From assembly GCA_041537945.1 (NCBI GenBank), contig JBGOEK010000009.1, forward strand, positions 15,099 through 79,098: DNA of 64,000 nucleotides, read 5' to 3'. This document shows, in pieces, positions 38,196-47,161 of the stretch. The number at the start of each line of letters is the position of its first letter. Within the stretch, counting starts at the first letter, position 1. The notes beneath the pieces were generated by a model that worked only from the letters and a program-made list of their open reading frames with translations, was not told where the DNA came from and made no database searches. The position numbers and the translations under genes are program-made. Origin of the DNA: Candidatus Thermosaccharophagus yellowstonensis. Lineage in GTDB: Bacteria; Armatimonadota; Fervidibacteria; Fervidibacterales; Thermosaccharophagaceae.

Positions 38196-38367
38196 AACCA
38201 ATTCACCCTCCAACTCTCCCGCTTTGCTAAAAAAGGTGAGTCTGCGGTAAACTTATGCATCAGCCAAGTTACAACCACCGACTGGCTCGAGCGCCACGCA
38301 TGTTCAGTTGTCGTTTTTAAAGTGAGTATGACGCAAAGTTCTCAAGTCGCGTTAGGGGGTGTATGTG

Positions 38368-39411
38368 ATGCGCACATACAGAGTTGCCGTTGTAGGAGTT
38401 GGTGCAGTTGGGCGTGAGATGCTACGCTGTTTGCGCAACTCAAAGATACCGATGAGCGAAGAACCGCTTGTTCTTGCGAGGCGTGAGAGGGAGATAGAAG
38501 TTGATGGCGTGACATACAAGGTGAAGCGGTGCACTCCAGAAGCGTTTGAAGGCGTCCACATCGCCCTCTTCGCCGGCACTGAAGGCGAGAAGGGTGCTTC
38601 CGTTACATTCGCGCCCGAGGCTATAAAGCGTGGCGCGGTCGTCATAGACAACGGTGCTGATTTCAGGTTGAAGGAGGGTGTCCCACTCGTTGTGCCAGAG
38701 GTGAACAAAAGCGATTTGGAAGTTGTGCGTGAAGGTCAAAAGCTCATCGCAAGCCCAAACTGCTCAACCATCCAAATGGTTGTCGCCATAAACCCGCTCC
38801 ACAGGCGCTCAAGGGTTAAGCGCATAATCGTCACGACATTCCAAGCGGTCTCTGGCGCCGGTCAAGACGCAATATTTGAGCTTGATGAGCAATCGCTCCT
38901 CGTCTTACATGGCAGGCAACCGAGGTTGAAGAAAGCCTTCCCATACCAGATCGCTTTCAACCTGATACCGCAGATCGGCTCGTTCGAGGAGATGGACTAC
39001 ACAACCGAGGAGTGGAAGCTCGTCCGAGAGACGCACAAGATAATGCACGATGACACGATAGCGATAACTCCCACTACAGTGAGAGTGCCCGTCTTCAACG
39101 CTCACAGCGAAGTGATTTATGTGGAGACCGAGGAGAAGATAACGGCAGAAGAAGCGCGTGCGCTGTTCAGTGAAGCGCCGGGCGTTGTGCTCGTTGATGA
39201 GCCAGTTGAGGTTGACGGCAAACCAGCGCGCACATACCCGATGCCGATTGATGCGTCAGGGAAAGACGAAGTTTATGTTGGCAGGGTTAGGGAAGACCCC
39301 TTCGTGAGCAATGCGCTTACATTCTGGTGTGTCTGTGATAACCTCAGGAAGGGCGCAGCACTGAATGCCGTCCAAATAGCTGAGTGCCTGATCGAGATGA
39401 ATTTGATTTAA
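38368..39411 (+). CDS. asd: Aspartate-semialdehyde dehydrogenase
   Basis: 'RVAVVGVGAVGREMLRCL' (Rossmann fold), active-site 'IASPNCSTIQMV', 'GRVREDP', 'NLRKGAALNAVQIAE'. ATG at 38368 after AGGGGG. Confidence 0.9.
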   Translation: MRTYRVAVVGVGAVGREMLRCLRNSKIPMSEEPLVLARREREIEVDGVTYKVKRCTPEAFEGVHIALFAGTEGEKGASVTFAPEAIKRGAVVIDNGADFRLKEGVPLVVPEVNKSDLEVVREGQKLIASPNCSTIQMVVAINPLHRRSRVKRIIVTTFQAVSGAGQDAIFELDEQSLLVLHGRQPRLKKAFPYQIAFNLIPQIGSFEEMDYTTEEWKLVRETHKIMHDDTIAITPTTVRVPVFNAHSEVIYVETEEKITAEEARALFSEAPGVVLVDEPVEVDGKPARTYPMPIDASGKDEVYVGRVREDPFVSNALTFWCVCDNLRKGAALNAVQIAECLIEMNLI

Positions 39412-40241
39412 CCTTCGCCTGTGGTGTAGATTGCGGGCTTCCATTCTTTCTCCCCGTCATAGCCTTTGAGTGGGCGATACCAGATGTTCCTGAAGCGCAC
39501 CCTCATGCCGTGATCTTGCAGGCGCAACGGTCCAACAGGTGGATGCGGTGAGTATCTCGCCACGCCACCGTGCCTCGTTGGACCGAGCAGTGGCGTATGA
39601 TAGTGGACGACAACCCCATTCCAAAGGAGCGTCAAGTAAGCTGGGCGAATGAGTTTGCCCTTCTCGTCGAACCTCGGTGCAAGCCATATGATGTCATAAG
39701 TTTGCCATTGCCCAGGCTCCCTCGCTGCGTTGACGATTGGCGGATACTGCCCGTAGATTGCTCCAGCCATCCCATCTGCGTATGTTGTGTTTTTGAAGCT
39801 ATCAAGGACTTGTATTTCGTAGCGCCCCATAAGGAACACCCCGCTGTTGCCTCTGCCCTGTCCGCTCCCTTTGACATCTTCTGGGATGCACCACTCAATG
39901 TGCAACTGGCAATCGCCAAACTGCTCAACTGTTTCTATGTCGCCGCTTCCAGGGACGATTTCCATGTAGCCGTTTTCGACCTTCCACTTCGCCTCGCCAC
40001 CGCGTGAACTCCTCCACTTAGCCAAGCTCGTCCCATCAAAGAGCACGACCGCATCGGAGGGTGGCTCACCAAATGTTTTCCCCGGAGTGATGACCTCTGG
40101 CTGTGGGCGTTTCCCATCATGGACTTGCCACTTGGAGCCAGGCAGAAGTGCTTCACCTTGCAAGGCAATGCAGATGAGCAAACAAAAAACGGCGAAGAGA
40201 GCACCCGCCACTAACAGCATCGCCTTTGAAGCCCTCATCAT
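39408..40241 (-). CDS. Secreted DUF1080 (3-keto-disaccharide hydrolase-like) domain protein
   Basis: 277 aa. Signal peptide/TM 'AMLLVAGALFAVFCLLICIAL'. 'WKVENGYMEIVPGSGDIETVEQFGDCQLHIEW', 'GNSGVFLMGRYEIQVLDS' and 'LQDHGMRVRFRNIW' match the DUF1080 pattern. Confidence 0.75.
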   Translation of the reverse strand: MMRASKAMLLVAGALFAVFCLLICIALQGEALLPGSKWQVHDGKRPQPEVITPGKTFGEPPSDAVVLFDGTSLAKWRSSRGGEAKWKVENGYMEIVPGSGDIETVEQFGDCQLHIEWCIPEDVKGSGQGRGNSGVFLMGRYEIQVLDSFKNTTYADGMAGAIYGQYPPIVNAAREPGQWQTYDIIWLAPRFDEKGKLIRPAYLTLLWNGVVVHYHTPLLGPTRHGGVARYSPHPPVGPLRLQDHGMRVRFRNIWYRPLKGYDGEKEWKPAIYTTGEG

Positions 40242-40267
40242 AACTCACCTCCGATGCGCAAATTATG

Positions 40268-41245
40268 TCACTCTCGCTTCGCCGATGTAACCAAGCGATG
40301 CAGGTTCGGTATGGTCAGCCTGTGCTCACCGCATATGTAAAAGCTCTCGCCACCATCAGCGACGGTTCTTACGAGCAGAGTTTTCCAAGGTCTGAAGTAG
40401 TATTCTGGCGATGACTTTTTTGGCTCGCTTCTGAGGTCGCCCTTCAGCGGTTGGATGTCAAACACAGCCACAGTGAAGTGGCATATCCTCTCTCCAAATT
40501 GGTGTGCGACATTGCGAGCCATCGCCAAAGCTTTCAAGAAAACTTCAGGAGCCATAACAGCGCTACCAAAGCTCAACAGGACACCACCTTCGAGCTTGCT
40601 CACCGAATGAGCGAACACGAGGAAATCATGATATGATGCAGCACCGATGGCTGCGCCGTCGCAGTTTGGGTGCTCATGAACTATGTCATAGCCAACGCCC
40701 ACATGAACTGTTGCAGGTATGCCGAGCCTGTATGCGTTCCCGAAGATGCTATAGCTTCTGTATGGCAGTCCGCCTTCCCATATCATTCTCCCGAGGGCTT
40801 CACCGAAGCCAATTCCCTCCCTGTATGCTTGCACTGCAGCCTCATTGACTGCGCCAGTCTCCTGCCATAGCCCAAATTGCCCTTCGGAGATATACCTTGC
40901 GACTGACTCAGTTGTTGCGCCTATGAGCGCTATCTCGTAGTCGTGTATTGCGCATGCACCATTACAAGCGATGTGCGAAACGAAGCCCCTCTCCATAAGG
41001 TCGATGATGAACTTAGCCACCCCAGCCCTTATGACATGTGCCCCGATCATCCAGATGATCGGTCTCCCTTTCCTCTTCGCCTCGAGCATTCGCTCAGCCA
41101 CAGCGCACATGTGCTCGTGCTCAAACGGTTCTATCGGCGATGTGAGCTCAAGGAACGAAGATATGGTCAAGTCGTGCACTCGCTCTTTGAGTGGCTTCAA
41201 CTTGAGCTTCGAGCGGTCAAATGTTTGGAAGGGCATGTTGGGCAC
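40268..41245 (-). CDS. Cytoplasmic protein, possibly deoxyhypusine-synthase-like (DHS-like) fold
   Basis: 325 aa, no signal peptide. 'IIWMIGAHVIRAGVAKFIIDLMERGFVSHIACNGACAIHDYEIALIGATTESV' recalls DHS-like family proteins. This assignment is from memory only. Coding status is well supported by ORF length and tight operon spacing. Confidence 0.4.
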   Translation of the reverse strand: MPNMPFQTFDRSKLKLKPLKERVHDLTISSFLELTSPIEPFEHEHMCAVAERMLEAKRKGRPIIWMIGAHVIRAGVAKFIIDLMERGFVSHIACNGACAIHDYEIALIGATTESVARYISEGQFGLWQETGAVNEAAVQAYREGIGFGEALGRMIWEGGLPYRSYSIFGNAYRLGIPATVHVGVGYDIVHEHPNCDGAAIGAASYHDFLVFAHSVSKLEGGVLLSFGSAVMAPEVFLKALAMARNVAHQFGERICHFTVAVFDIQPLKGDLRSEPKKSSPEYYFRPWKTLLVRTVADGGESFYICGEHRLTIPNLHRLVTSAKRE

Positions 41246-41259
41246 ACCACGCGCTCACT

Positions 41260-42987
41260 TCATTTTAATGGCGTCAAAAAACAAACGCCATCTATGCTGA
41301 GTGAGTTCCGTTCCCCCGCACCTATATCCAAAGCGCTGATGTCAGCGAAGCCGATCAAGAACACCTCATCTGGGTCAAGGCGTTGATCTTCGTCCTTCGT
41401 GTCAGGGCTTAGGATGAAATCAGTGAATGGCAAATCTATGCGTTGCCACTCACCACCTTTAAGGTTGATCTGCTTTTCATATCTCCCACCACCGCGCTCT
41501 TGCAGGGCGATGAGCAGAGTCGTCTTCTCCTTGACCTTGACGAAGAAGCGCAACGAACCTGCGTGCTTCAAAATTGGGTTTCTGCCGAGCGTCACAATGT
41601 GAACCACACCGAAGGCACCGTTTGCTGGCACATCATAGTCGACGCTCATATGGAGGCGTCCTTGAGCCTCACCTGGTGGATGCTCTTGTAGCATCGGCTT
41701 CGTGTCTTTGGCTATGTCAATCGTGAACCCGGGTTGGGCTGTTACCTCAATTGGCACCCACCTTAAGACACTCGCCTCAAAGTTATCAAGCCATATCACC
41801 ACACCTTCACGCTCATCTGAGATGCCCTGCGATTGTGGGAGAACCGCGCTTGAGAACGCTACCCTATCAATTCGGATTTCCCTTTTGCCCCTGAGCGTTG
41901 GTATGAGCTCGGCGAAGAAGCCACCCGCATCGGCTATCGCTATCGCTTGCACTTGATCAACATCAAGCCTTTCATTCTCATCCTTTGAATCGTCGGCGAG
42001 GAAAAAATCGTTGAGGCTGACTTTGATATCGTGCCAGCCGTCCGGGTGGACATAAGCGAATGTTTGATAGCGTGAGCCATCCCTCTCAATGAGCGATATG
42101 ACGAGCCCAGTTGGCGCGGTCGCATTAACGGAGATGGTGAAGCTGTTTGCGATCGCCTTGTCCACCTTGCCAGTGATGAGCGTCATGAACAGCGGTATCG
42201 TGTTCGGCTGTAGCTCGTAGCGCAAGGAGAGCGAACCGTCGCCATACCTCGCCTTCCCAAACTCAACTGAGATGTCAGCTGTGGTGTTGAGTTCCATCTT
42301 CCCAATCGATGCCAAGAGTGGCGCCCAGAAGAGGGTTGGGTTTTCAAAGTCATCAATGATTTGGAGTTTCTCACCGTCAGCTTCAACTATGCTTGTGCGT
42401 TTCTTCACATCCAAAGCGCTTATGAGCAAGTCATCGATCAGGACTGTTCTCTCTTCCTCGCCAGCAACTTGAAAGAGCATGAGCGCATCTGCGAGCCCGA
42501 TCATGGACACCTGCGCCATATCAAGCCTGTCATTCTCGTCCTTCGTGTCTGGCATCAGGAACATCTCATCTATGCTCAGCTGAACCAATTGCCACCTCTT
42601 GGCAACAACATAAAACGCAGCGCCATACCTTGAGCCATCGTTTTCCTGAAGAACGAGCAACAGCGCTGTTGAGTGCGATGGCTTCACCCACAGCGAAACG
42701 CTTTTCGCCTCTGGCATCGGTGCGATTGGCGAGAGGACAATGGCAAGCCCCTTTTGGTATGTGAACGAGAGGGCAAACTGCCCAGAGCGGGCATCGCCTT
42801 TGGCTATGCTTGCCTTGCCCGTCCCGATGACGAACCAAAGCCCTTGTCCCTTCTCGAAGTCGTCGTATAGCAATGGTGCTTGTTGCGATGCCGAACTCGA
42901 CGCTATGACAGCAGTCAGGAAACATGAGCACAACGCTTTCCACAACGCTGAGAGGAAGCGCCCGCGCTTAATCATCCGCATGCTCAT
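41260..42987 (-). CDS. Secreted protein with three tandem CIA30/CBM11-like domains
   Basis: 575 aa with an N-terminal signal peptide. There are three ~170-aa modules. Each begins 'DDFE/DNFE...W' and ends with a conserved acidic motif: 'PDTKDENDRLDMAQVSMIGLAD', 'DDSKDENERLDVDQVQAIAIAD' or 'PDTKDEDQRLDPDEVFLIGFAD'. Confidence 0.6.
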   Translation of the reverse strand: MSMRMIKRGRFLSALWKALCSCFLTAVIASSSASQQAPLLYDDFEKGQGLWFVIGTGKASIAKGDARSGQFALSFTYQKGLAIVLSPIAPMPEAKSVSLWVKPSHSTALLLVLQENDGSRYGAAFYVVAKRWQLVQLSIDEMFLMPDTKDENDRLDMAQVSMIGLADALMLFQVAGEEERTVLIDDLLISALDVKKRTSIVEADGEKLQIIDDFENPTLFWAPLLASIGKMELNTTADISVEFGKARYGDGSLSLRYELQPNTIPLFMTLITGKVDKAIANSFTISVNATAPTGLVISLIERDGSRYQTFAYVHPDGWHDIKVSLNDFFLADDSKDENERLDVDQVQAIAIADAGGFFAELIPTLRGKREIRIDRVAFSSAVLPQSQGISDEREGVVIWLDNFEASVLRWVPIEVTAQPGFTIDIAKDTKPMLQEHPPGEAQGRLHMSVDYDVPANGAFGVVHIVTLGRNPILKHAGSLRFFVKVKEKTTLLIALQERGGGRYEKQINLKGGEWQRIDLPFTDFILSPDTKDEDQRLDPDEVFLIGFADISALDIGAGERNSLSIDGVCFLTPLK

Positions 42988-43035
42988 CGCCTCCGTTATT
43001 CAATCTTGCTCCACATGATGTATACAGGCGTTCAG

Positions 43036-44346
43036 CTACTGTGGTTTCGTTTGCCCAAGGAGTATCTTCTCGACCTTCTCCAAGTCCTCGGGTGTATCGA
43101 CGCCTATCGCTTCGTAATCTGTTTCAACGACGAGTATTGATGCGCCATGCTCAAGTGCACGCAATTGTTCAAGCCCCTCGGCAAGCTCAAGTGGGGTCCT
43201 GTGCCAAGAGGCGAACTCGAGCAGGAAGTCCCTCCTGAATGCGTATAGACCGATGTGTCTTAGGACGCTTGCGCCATCTGGTAGCTCAAACTTCGGGCTA
43301 TGTGGCAGTGAGCCGTTCGGTCTGAAGAACGGTATCGGCGAGCGTGAGAAGTAAAGGGCTCGCCTTTGCAGGTCAACCACAACCTTGACCACATTTGGGT
43401 CAATGTAATCTTCAACCGACTTTATCTTTGTTGCGAGCGTCGTCATCTGCAATTTCGCATCCCTTTCAAAAGGCTCGACAGCTGAATCGATGGCGTTCGG
43501 GTCAAGCAGTGGCTCATCGCCCTGTATGTTGACGATGACATCAAAGTCCAACCCTGACGCAACCTCAGCAACCCTATCTGTGCCAGACTGGTGCGCCTTT
43601 GAAGTCATCCTCACATCAGCCCCGAACCCGCGTGCCACATTTGCCACCCTCTCATCATCGGTTGCGATGATGACCTTGGAAAGCTTTTTTGAGCGTAGCG
43701 CACGCTCGTAAACATGCTGTATCATTGGCTTGCCTGCTATCTTCGCTATCACTTTCCCTTCAAACCTTTTCGAGCCATACCTTGCAGGTATGATGCCAAC
43801 CGCTCTAACTTCTCTCCTTCTCTCTGCATCGATTGCCGACACTCCTTGTTTCACTCGCTCAATGATTTGAGTTGTTGATTCGCTCTCTACAAGTGGCACT
43901 ATGTGGATTTGACCGCCGTAGGCTTTCACCAATGTTGCTTCTGGGAGTTCTTCTTCGCTGTAGTCGCCACCTTTGACATGCGCATCTGGCTTTATGAGCG
44001 ATATGGCTTTGTGCGGGCGTAGCTCGTTGAATATGAAAACGAAGTCAACAAAGCATAAGCTCGCAACCAAAAAAGCCCTCGTCTCCTCGCCAAGTATCGG
44101 TCTGCCTTCGCCTTTCAACTGCCTGACAGATTCATCGCTGTTGACGCCGACTATGAGCACATCGCCGAGGCGCTTCGCATGGAGCAGGCATTCGGCATGC
44201 CCCCTGTGGAGGATGTCAAAGCAACCGTTTGTGAAGACAATCCTTTTCCCTTGCGCCCTGAGATCAGATGCTATCTTTGCTATCTCCTCAAGCCGTTTTA
44301 TCTTCTCGAGTGGAGAGCGCATACAACACCAACTCCATCGTGCCAC
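43036..44346 (-). CDS. Fusion protein: RfaE/HldE domain II-type heptose-1-phosphate adenylyltransferase plus CMP-Kdo synthetase (KdsB)
   Basis: 436 aa. N-terminal half: 'FTNGCFDILHRGHAECLLHAKRLGDVLIVGVNSDESVRQLKGEGRPI' and 'KGGDY' (RfaE-II cytidylyltransferase fold). C-terminal half: 'GIIPARYGSKRFEGKVIAKIAGKPMIQHVYERA' and 'VNIQGDEPLL' (KdsB). Start is ambiguous: GTG at 44346 or ATG at 44322. Confidence 0.75.
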   Translation of the reverse strand: MARWSWCCMRSPLEKIKRLEEIAKIASDLRAQGKRIVFTNGCFDILHRGHAECLLHAKRLGDVLIVGVNSDESVRQLKGEGRPILGEETRAFLVASLCFVDFVFIFNELRPHKAISLIKPDAHVKGGDYSEEELPEATLVKAYGGQIHIVPLVESESTTQIIERVKQGVSAIDAERRREVRAVGIIPARYGSKRFEGKVIAKIAGKPMIQHVYERALRSKKLSKVIIATDDERVANVARGFGADVRMTSKAHQSGTDRVAEVASGLDFDVIVNIQGDEPLLDPNAIDSAVEPFERDAKLQMTTLATKIKSVEDYIDPNVVKVVVDLQRRALYFSRSPIPFFRPNGSLPHSPKFELPDGASVLRHIGLYAFRRDFLLEFASWHRTPLELAEGLEQLRALEHGASILVVETDYEAIGVDTPEDLEKVEKILLGQTKPQ

Positions 44347-44545
44347 CTTGTTTATGGTCGCTTCCCAACTGCTCCCACTTTACTGAATGTGGAAGGCGCG
44401 CAAACCTATTTTAAGGTTGCCACCAACAGAATACCACAAAGCTCGGCTTTGTGCTGTTGTGAGGCGATTCAGCATCGGTAGTGATATGCTATGCTTCATT
44501 TAGCAAGCGCCAACTTTTCCTTTCGTCGGGAGGAGATGTTAAGCC

Positions 44546-47146
44546 ATGACGAGCAAGGAGCTTAGGTCATCCTTCCTTGACTTCTTCAGGCGCAAGGGGC
44601 ATTTAGTGCTAAGGAGCTTCTCCCTCATCCCAGATGACCCTTCAACTCTTTTCACGAGTGCTGGCATGCAACCGCTCACACCTTACTTCAAAGGTGAGAG
44701 CACCCCGCCAAGCAGGCGCATCGCAACATGCCAAAAATGTTTGCGCACTGGCGACATTGAAAGGATTGGATACACATGGCGTCACCTCTCATTCTTTGAG
44801 ATGCTCGGCAACTTCTCCTTCGGTGACTACTTCAAGCGTGAGGCGATACTTTGGGCGTGGGAATTCTTGGTTGATGTGCTCAAGATAGATAGCGACAGGC
44901 TTTGGGTCTCAGTCTACTTTGAAGATGATGAGGCTTTCTCAATCTGGGAAAGGGATGTCGGTCTGAAAGAGGAGCGCATAGTCAGGCTCGGAAAAGAGGA
45001 TAACTTCTGGGGACCAGTAGGCGATGAGGGACCGTGCGGTCCTTGCACGGAGATACATTACGACAGGGGCGAGAGGTATGGTTGTGGCAGGGAAGATTGC
45101 AAGGTTGGGTGCGATTGCGACCGCTTCGGCGAGCTGTGGAATTTGGTCTTCCAGCAATACGACATGCAGAAGGATGGCACTCTTTTGCCATTGCCGAAGG
45201 TCGGTATTGACACTGGCATGGGGCTTGAAAGGCTTACAGCGGTGATGCAGGGCAAGGAAACCGTCTTTGAGACTGACCTATTCATGCCAGCAGTTGAAGC
45301 CACCTTGGGGATGCTTAAAGGTTACAGCTACGGAAGCGATAGGGAGAAAGACGCTGCGATAAGGGTTGTAGCTGATCACATGAGAGCTGCACTCTTTGCC
45401 ATAGTGGATGGTGTCATGCCGTCAAACGAAGGCAGAGGCTATGTCCTCAGGCGCTTGATTAGAAGGGCACACATATATGGCAGGAAGCTCTCCTTGGAAG
45501 GCGCATTCGCATACAAGCTCATATCTATCTTCTCGGAGCTCATGAAGGATGTATACGAGGAAGTGGGCAGGCAGGCGAAGCTCGCAGAGGAAATCGTTAG
45601 GCGTGAGGAAGAGCGCTTCATAGAGACGATGGGAAGGAGCATGAGGGTGCTTGAGGAGATAATTGAGCGCCACAGCGCCTCAAACGAAAAGACAATCTCA
45701 GGTGAGGAGGCATTCATGCTCTATGACACATACGGGCTACCGATTGAGCTGACTTGTGAGATTGCCCACTCAAGGGGCTTCAGCGTTGATGTGGATGGCT
45801 TCAAAGAGGCGCTGGAAAGACAAAGGGAGCTTGCGAGGGTTAGGAGCGCATTCAAGGTTGAGGATGTGGAAGGGTTTGAGGGCATAGCAAAGACGCAATT
45901 TGTTGGCTATGAGGAGACAGAGGTGAGGGCGACCGTAGTGGCTGTGAGAGAGGTTGACGGCGAGCTTTTTGTAGTGCTTGACAGGACACCGTTTTATGCT
46001 GAGGCTGGTGGGCAGGTGGCAGATACTGGCTGGCTCAAAGACGATGATGGGAATGTGTTGGCTGAAGTTTTAGATGCAAGGTGGTTTGGCGATGTCATAG
46101 CGCATAAGGTTAAAGCCGTCCATGAGAAGTTGGCTGAGGGCGAAAGTGTTTGGGCTATCGTTGATGAGGGGCGCAGGGTTGCGATAATGCGTGCGCATAC
46201 TGCAACGCATCTTCTTCATGCGGCGCTCCGCAACATCTTGGGAGAGCATGTCCGTCAGGCTGGCTCGCTTGTTGCGCCAGACAGGCTTCGGTTTGATTTC
46301 ACTCATCCTCAACCGCTGACCGAGGAAGAGATTGAGAAGGTTGAGAGGTGGGTGAATGAGGTCGTCTTGAAAGACATACCAGTCCAAGCGTTTGAGACAT
46401 CGTTTGAAGAAGCTAAGGCGATGGGGGCGATTGCGCTCTTTGGTGAGAAGTATGGCGAGAGGGTTAGGGTGGTGCGCATCGGTGATGTAAGCATGGAGCT
46501 TTGCGGTGGGACGCACCTTAGGCACACTTCACAAGTTGGCACATTCAGGGTTGTTAGCGAGACATCGGTCGCAGCTAACATTAGGCGAATTGAAGCTCTA
46601 ACTGGCTTTGAGGCGCTTGAGCTGGCTCTAAAGCAAAGTGCTACATTGCGCTCGGTGTGTGAGTTGCTCGGGGCTCAACCTGAGAGGTTGAAAGAAGCGA
46701 TGCAGGCTCTCCTTGAGGAGAGGCGCAAGTTGCAAAAGCGCATTGAGCAACTTGAGGCGAAGACAGCATTGACGCAGGTTGAGGAGTTGATGAAGAGGGC
46801 AATCACTGTGGATGGCATAAAGCTGGTTACGGCTCATGTCCCAAACATATCGGAGACCGCGCTTGGGCAACTCGCCGATGCGATTGTTGCCAAGATGCCA
46901 CAATGTGTGGTTGTGTTGGCGAGCACAATTGAGGGCAAGATTTCGTTTGTTGCGAAAGTCAGCAGTGAAGCACAGGCTATGGGGGTGCATGCTGGCAAGT
47001 TGATTGGGGAGGTCGCACGCATAACGGGCGGTGGCGGTGGTGGGAGGGCAGACTTCGCGCAGGCTGGCGGTAAAGACATAAGCAAGCTCGCCGAAGCACT
47101 GAGCAAGGCGAAAGAGATATTGCTCAAACAGCTGGGGCGAAAATGA
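44546..47146 (+). CDS. alaS: Alanine--tRNA ligase
   Basis: 866 aa. 'FTSAGMQP', 'RIATCQKCLR', 'HLSFFEMLGNFSFGDYFK', editing-domain 'HTATHLLHAAL' and 'CGGTHL', C-terminal 'GGGGGGRADFAQAGG'. ATG at 44546 is preceded by GGGAGGAG. Confidence 0.92.
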   Translation: MTSKELRSSFLDFFRRKGHLVLRSFSLIPDDPSTLFTSAGMQPLTPYFKGESTPPSRRIATCQKCLRTGDIERIGYTWRHLSFFEMLGNFSFGDYFKREAILWAWEFLVDVLKIDSDRLWVSVYFEDDEAFSIWERDVGLKEERIVRLGKEDNFWGPVGDEGPCGPCTEIHYDRGERYGCGREDCKVGCDCDRFGELWNLVFQQYDMQKDGTLLPLPKVGIDTGMGLERLTAVMQGKETVFETDLFMPAVEATLGMLKGYSYGSDREKDAAIRVVADHMRAALFAIVDGVMPSNEGRGYVLRRLIRRAHIYGRKLSLEGAFAYKLISIFSELMKDVYEEVGRQAKLAEEIVRREEERFIETMGRSMRVLEEIIERHSASNEKTISGEEAFMLYDTYGLPIELTCEIAHSRGFSVDVDGFKEALERQRELARVRSAFKVEDVEGFEGIAKTQFVGYEETEVRATVVAVREVDGELFVVLDRTPFYAEAGGQVADTGWLKDDDGNVLAEVLDARWFGDVIAHKVKAVHEKLAEGESVWAIVDEGRRVAIMRAHTATHLLHAALRNILGEHVRQAGSLVAPDRLRFDFTHPQPLTEEEIEKVERWVNEVVLKDIPVQAFETSFEEAKAMGAIALFGEKYGERVRVVRIGDVSMELCGGTHLRHTSQVGTFRVVSETSVAANIRRIEALTGFEALELALKQSATLRSVCELLGAQPERLKEAMQALLEERRKLQKRIEQLEAKTALTQVEELMKRAITVDGIKLVTAHVPNISETALGQLADAIVAKMPQCVVVLASTIEGKISFVAKVSSEAQAMGVHAGKLIGEVARITGGGGGGRADFAQAGGKDISKLAEALSKAKEILLKQLGRK

Positions 47147-47161
47147 CGGAGTGATAGCTTC

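Noticed and set aside
38196-38367. Divergent lysA/asd intergenic region, considered as a lysine (L-box) riboswitch.
   Set aside because: The region must hold two promoters and is shorter than a typical L-box. None of the conserved L-box core sequences were recognisable on either strand.
44347-44545. 199-nt leader upstream of alaS, considered as a T-box riboswitch or other aaRS leader.
   Set aside because: I could not find the conserved T-box sequence (AAnnnGGGTGGnACCGCG-like), a specifier-loop/terminator arrangement, or a convincing terminator hairpin. It is more likely a plain divergent promoter region.
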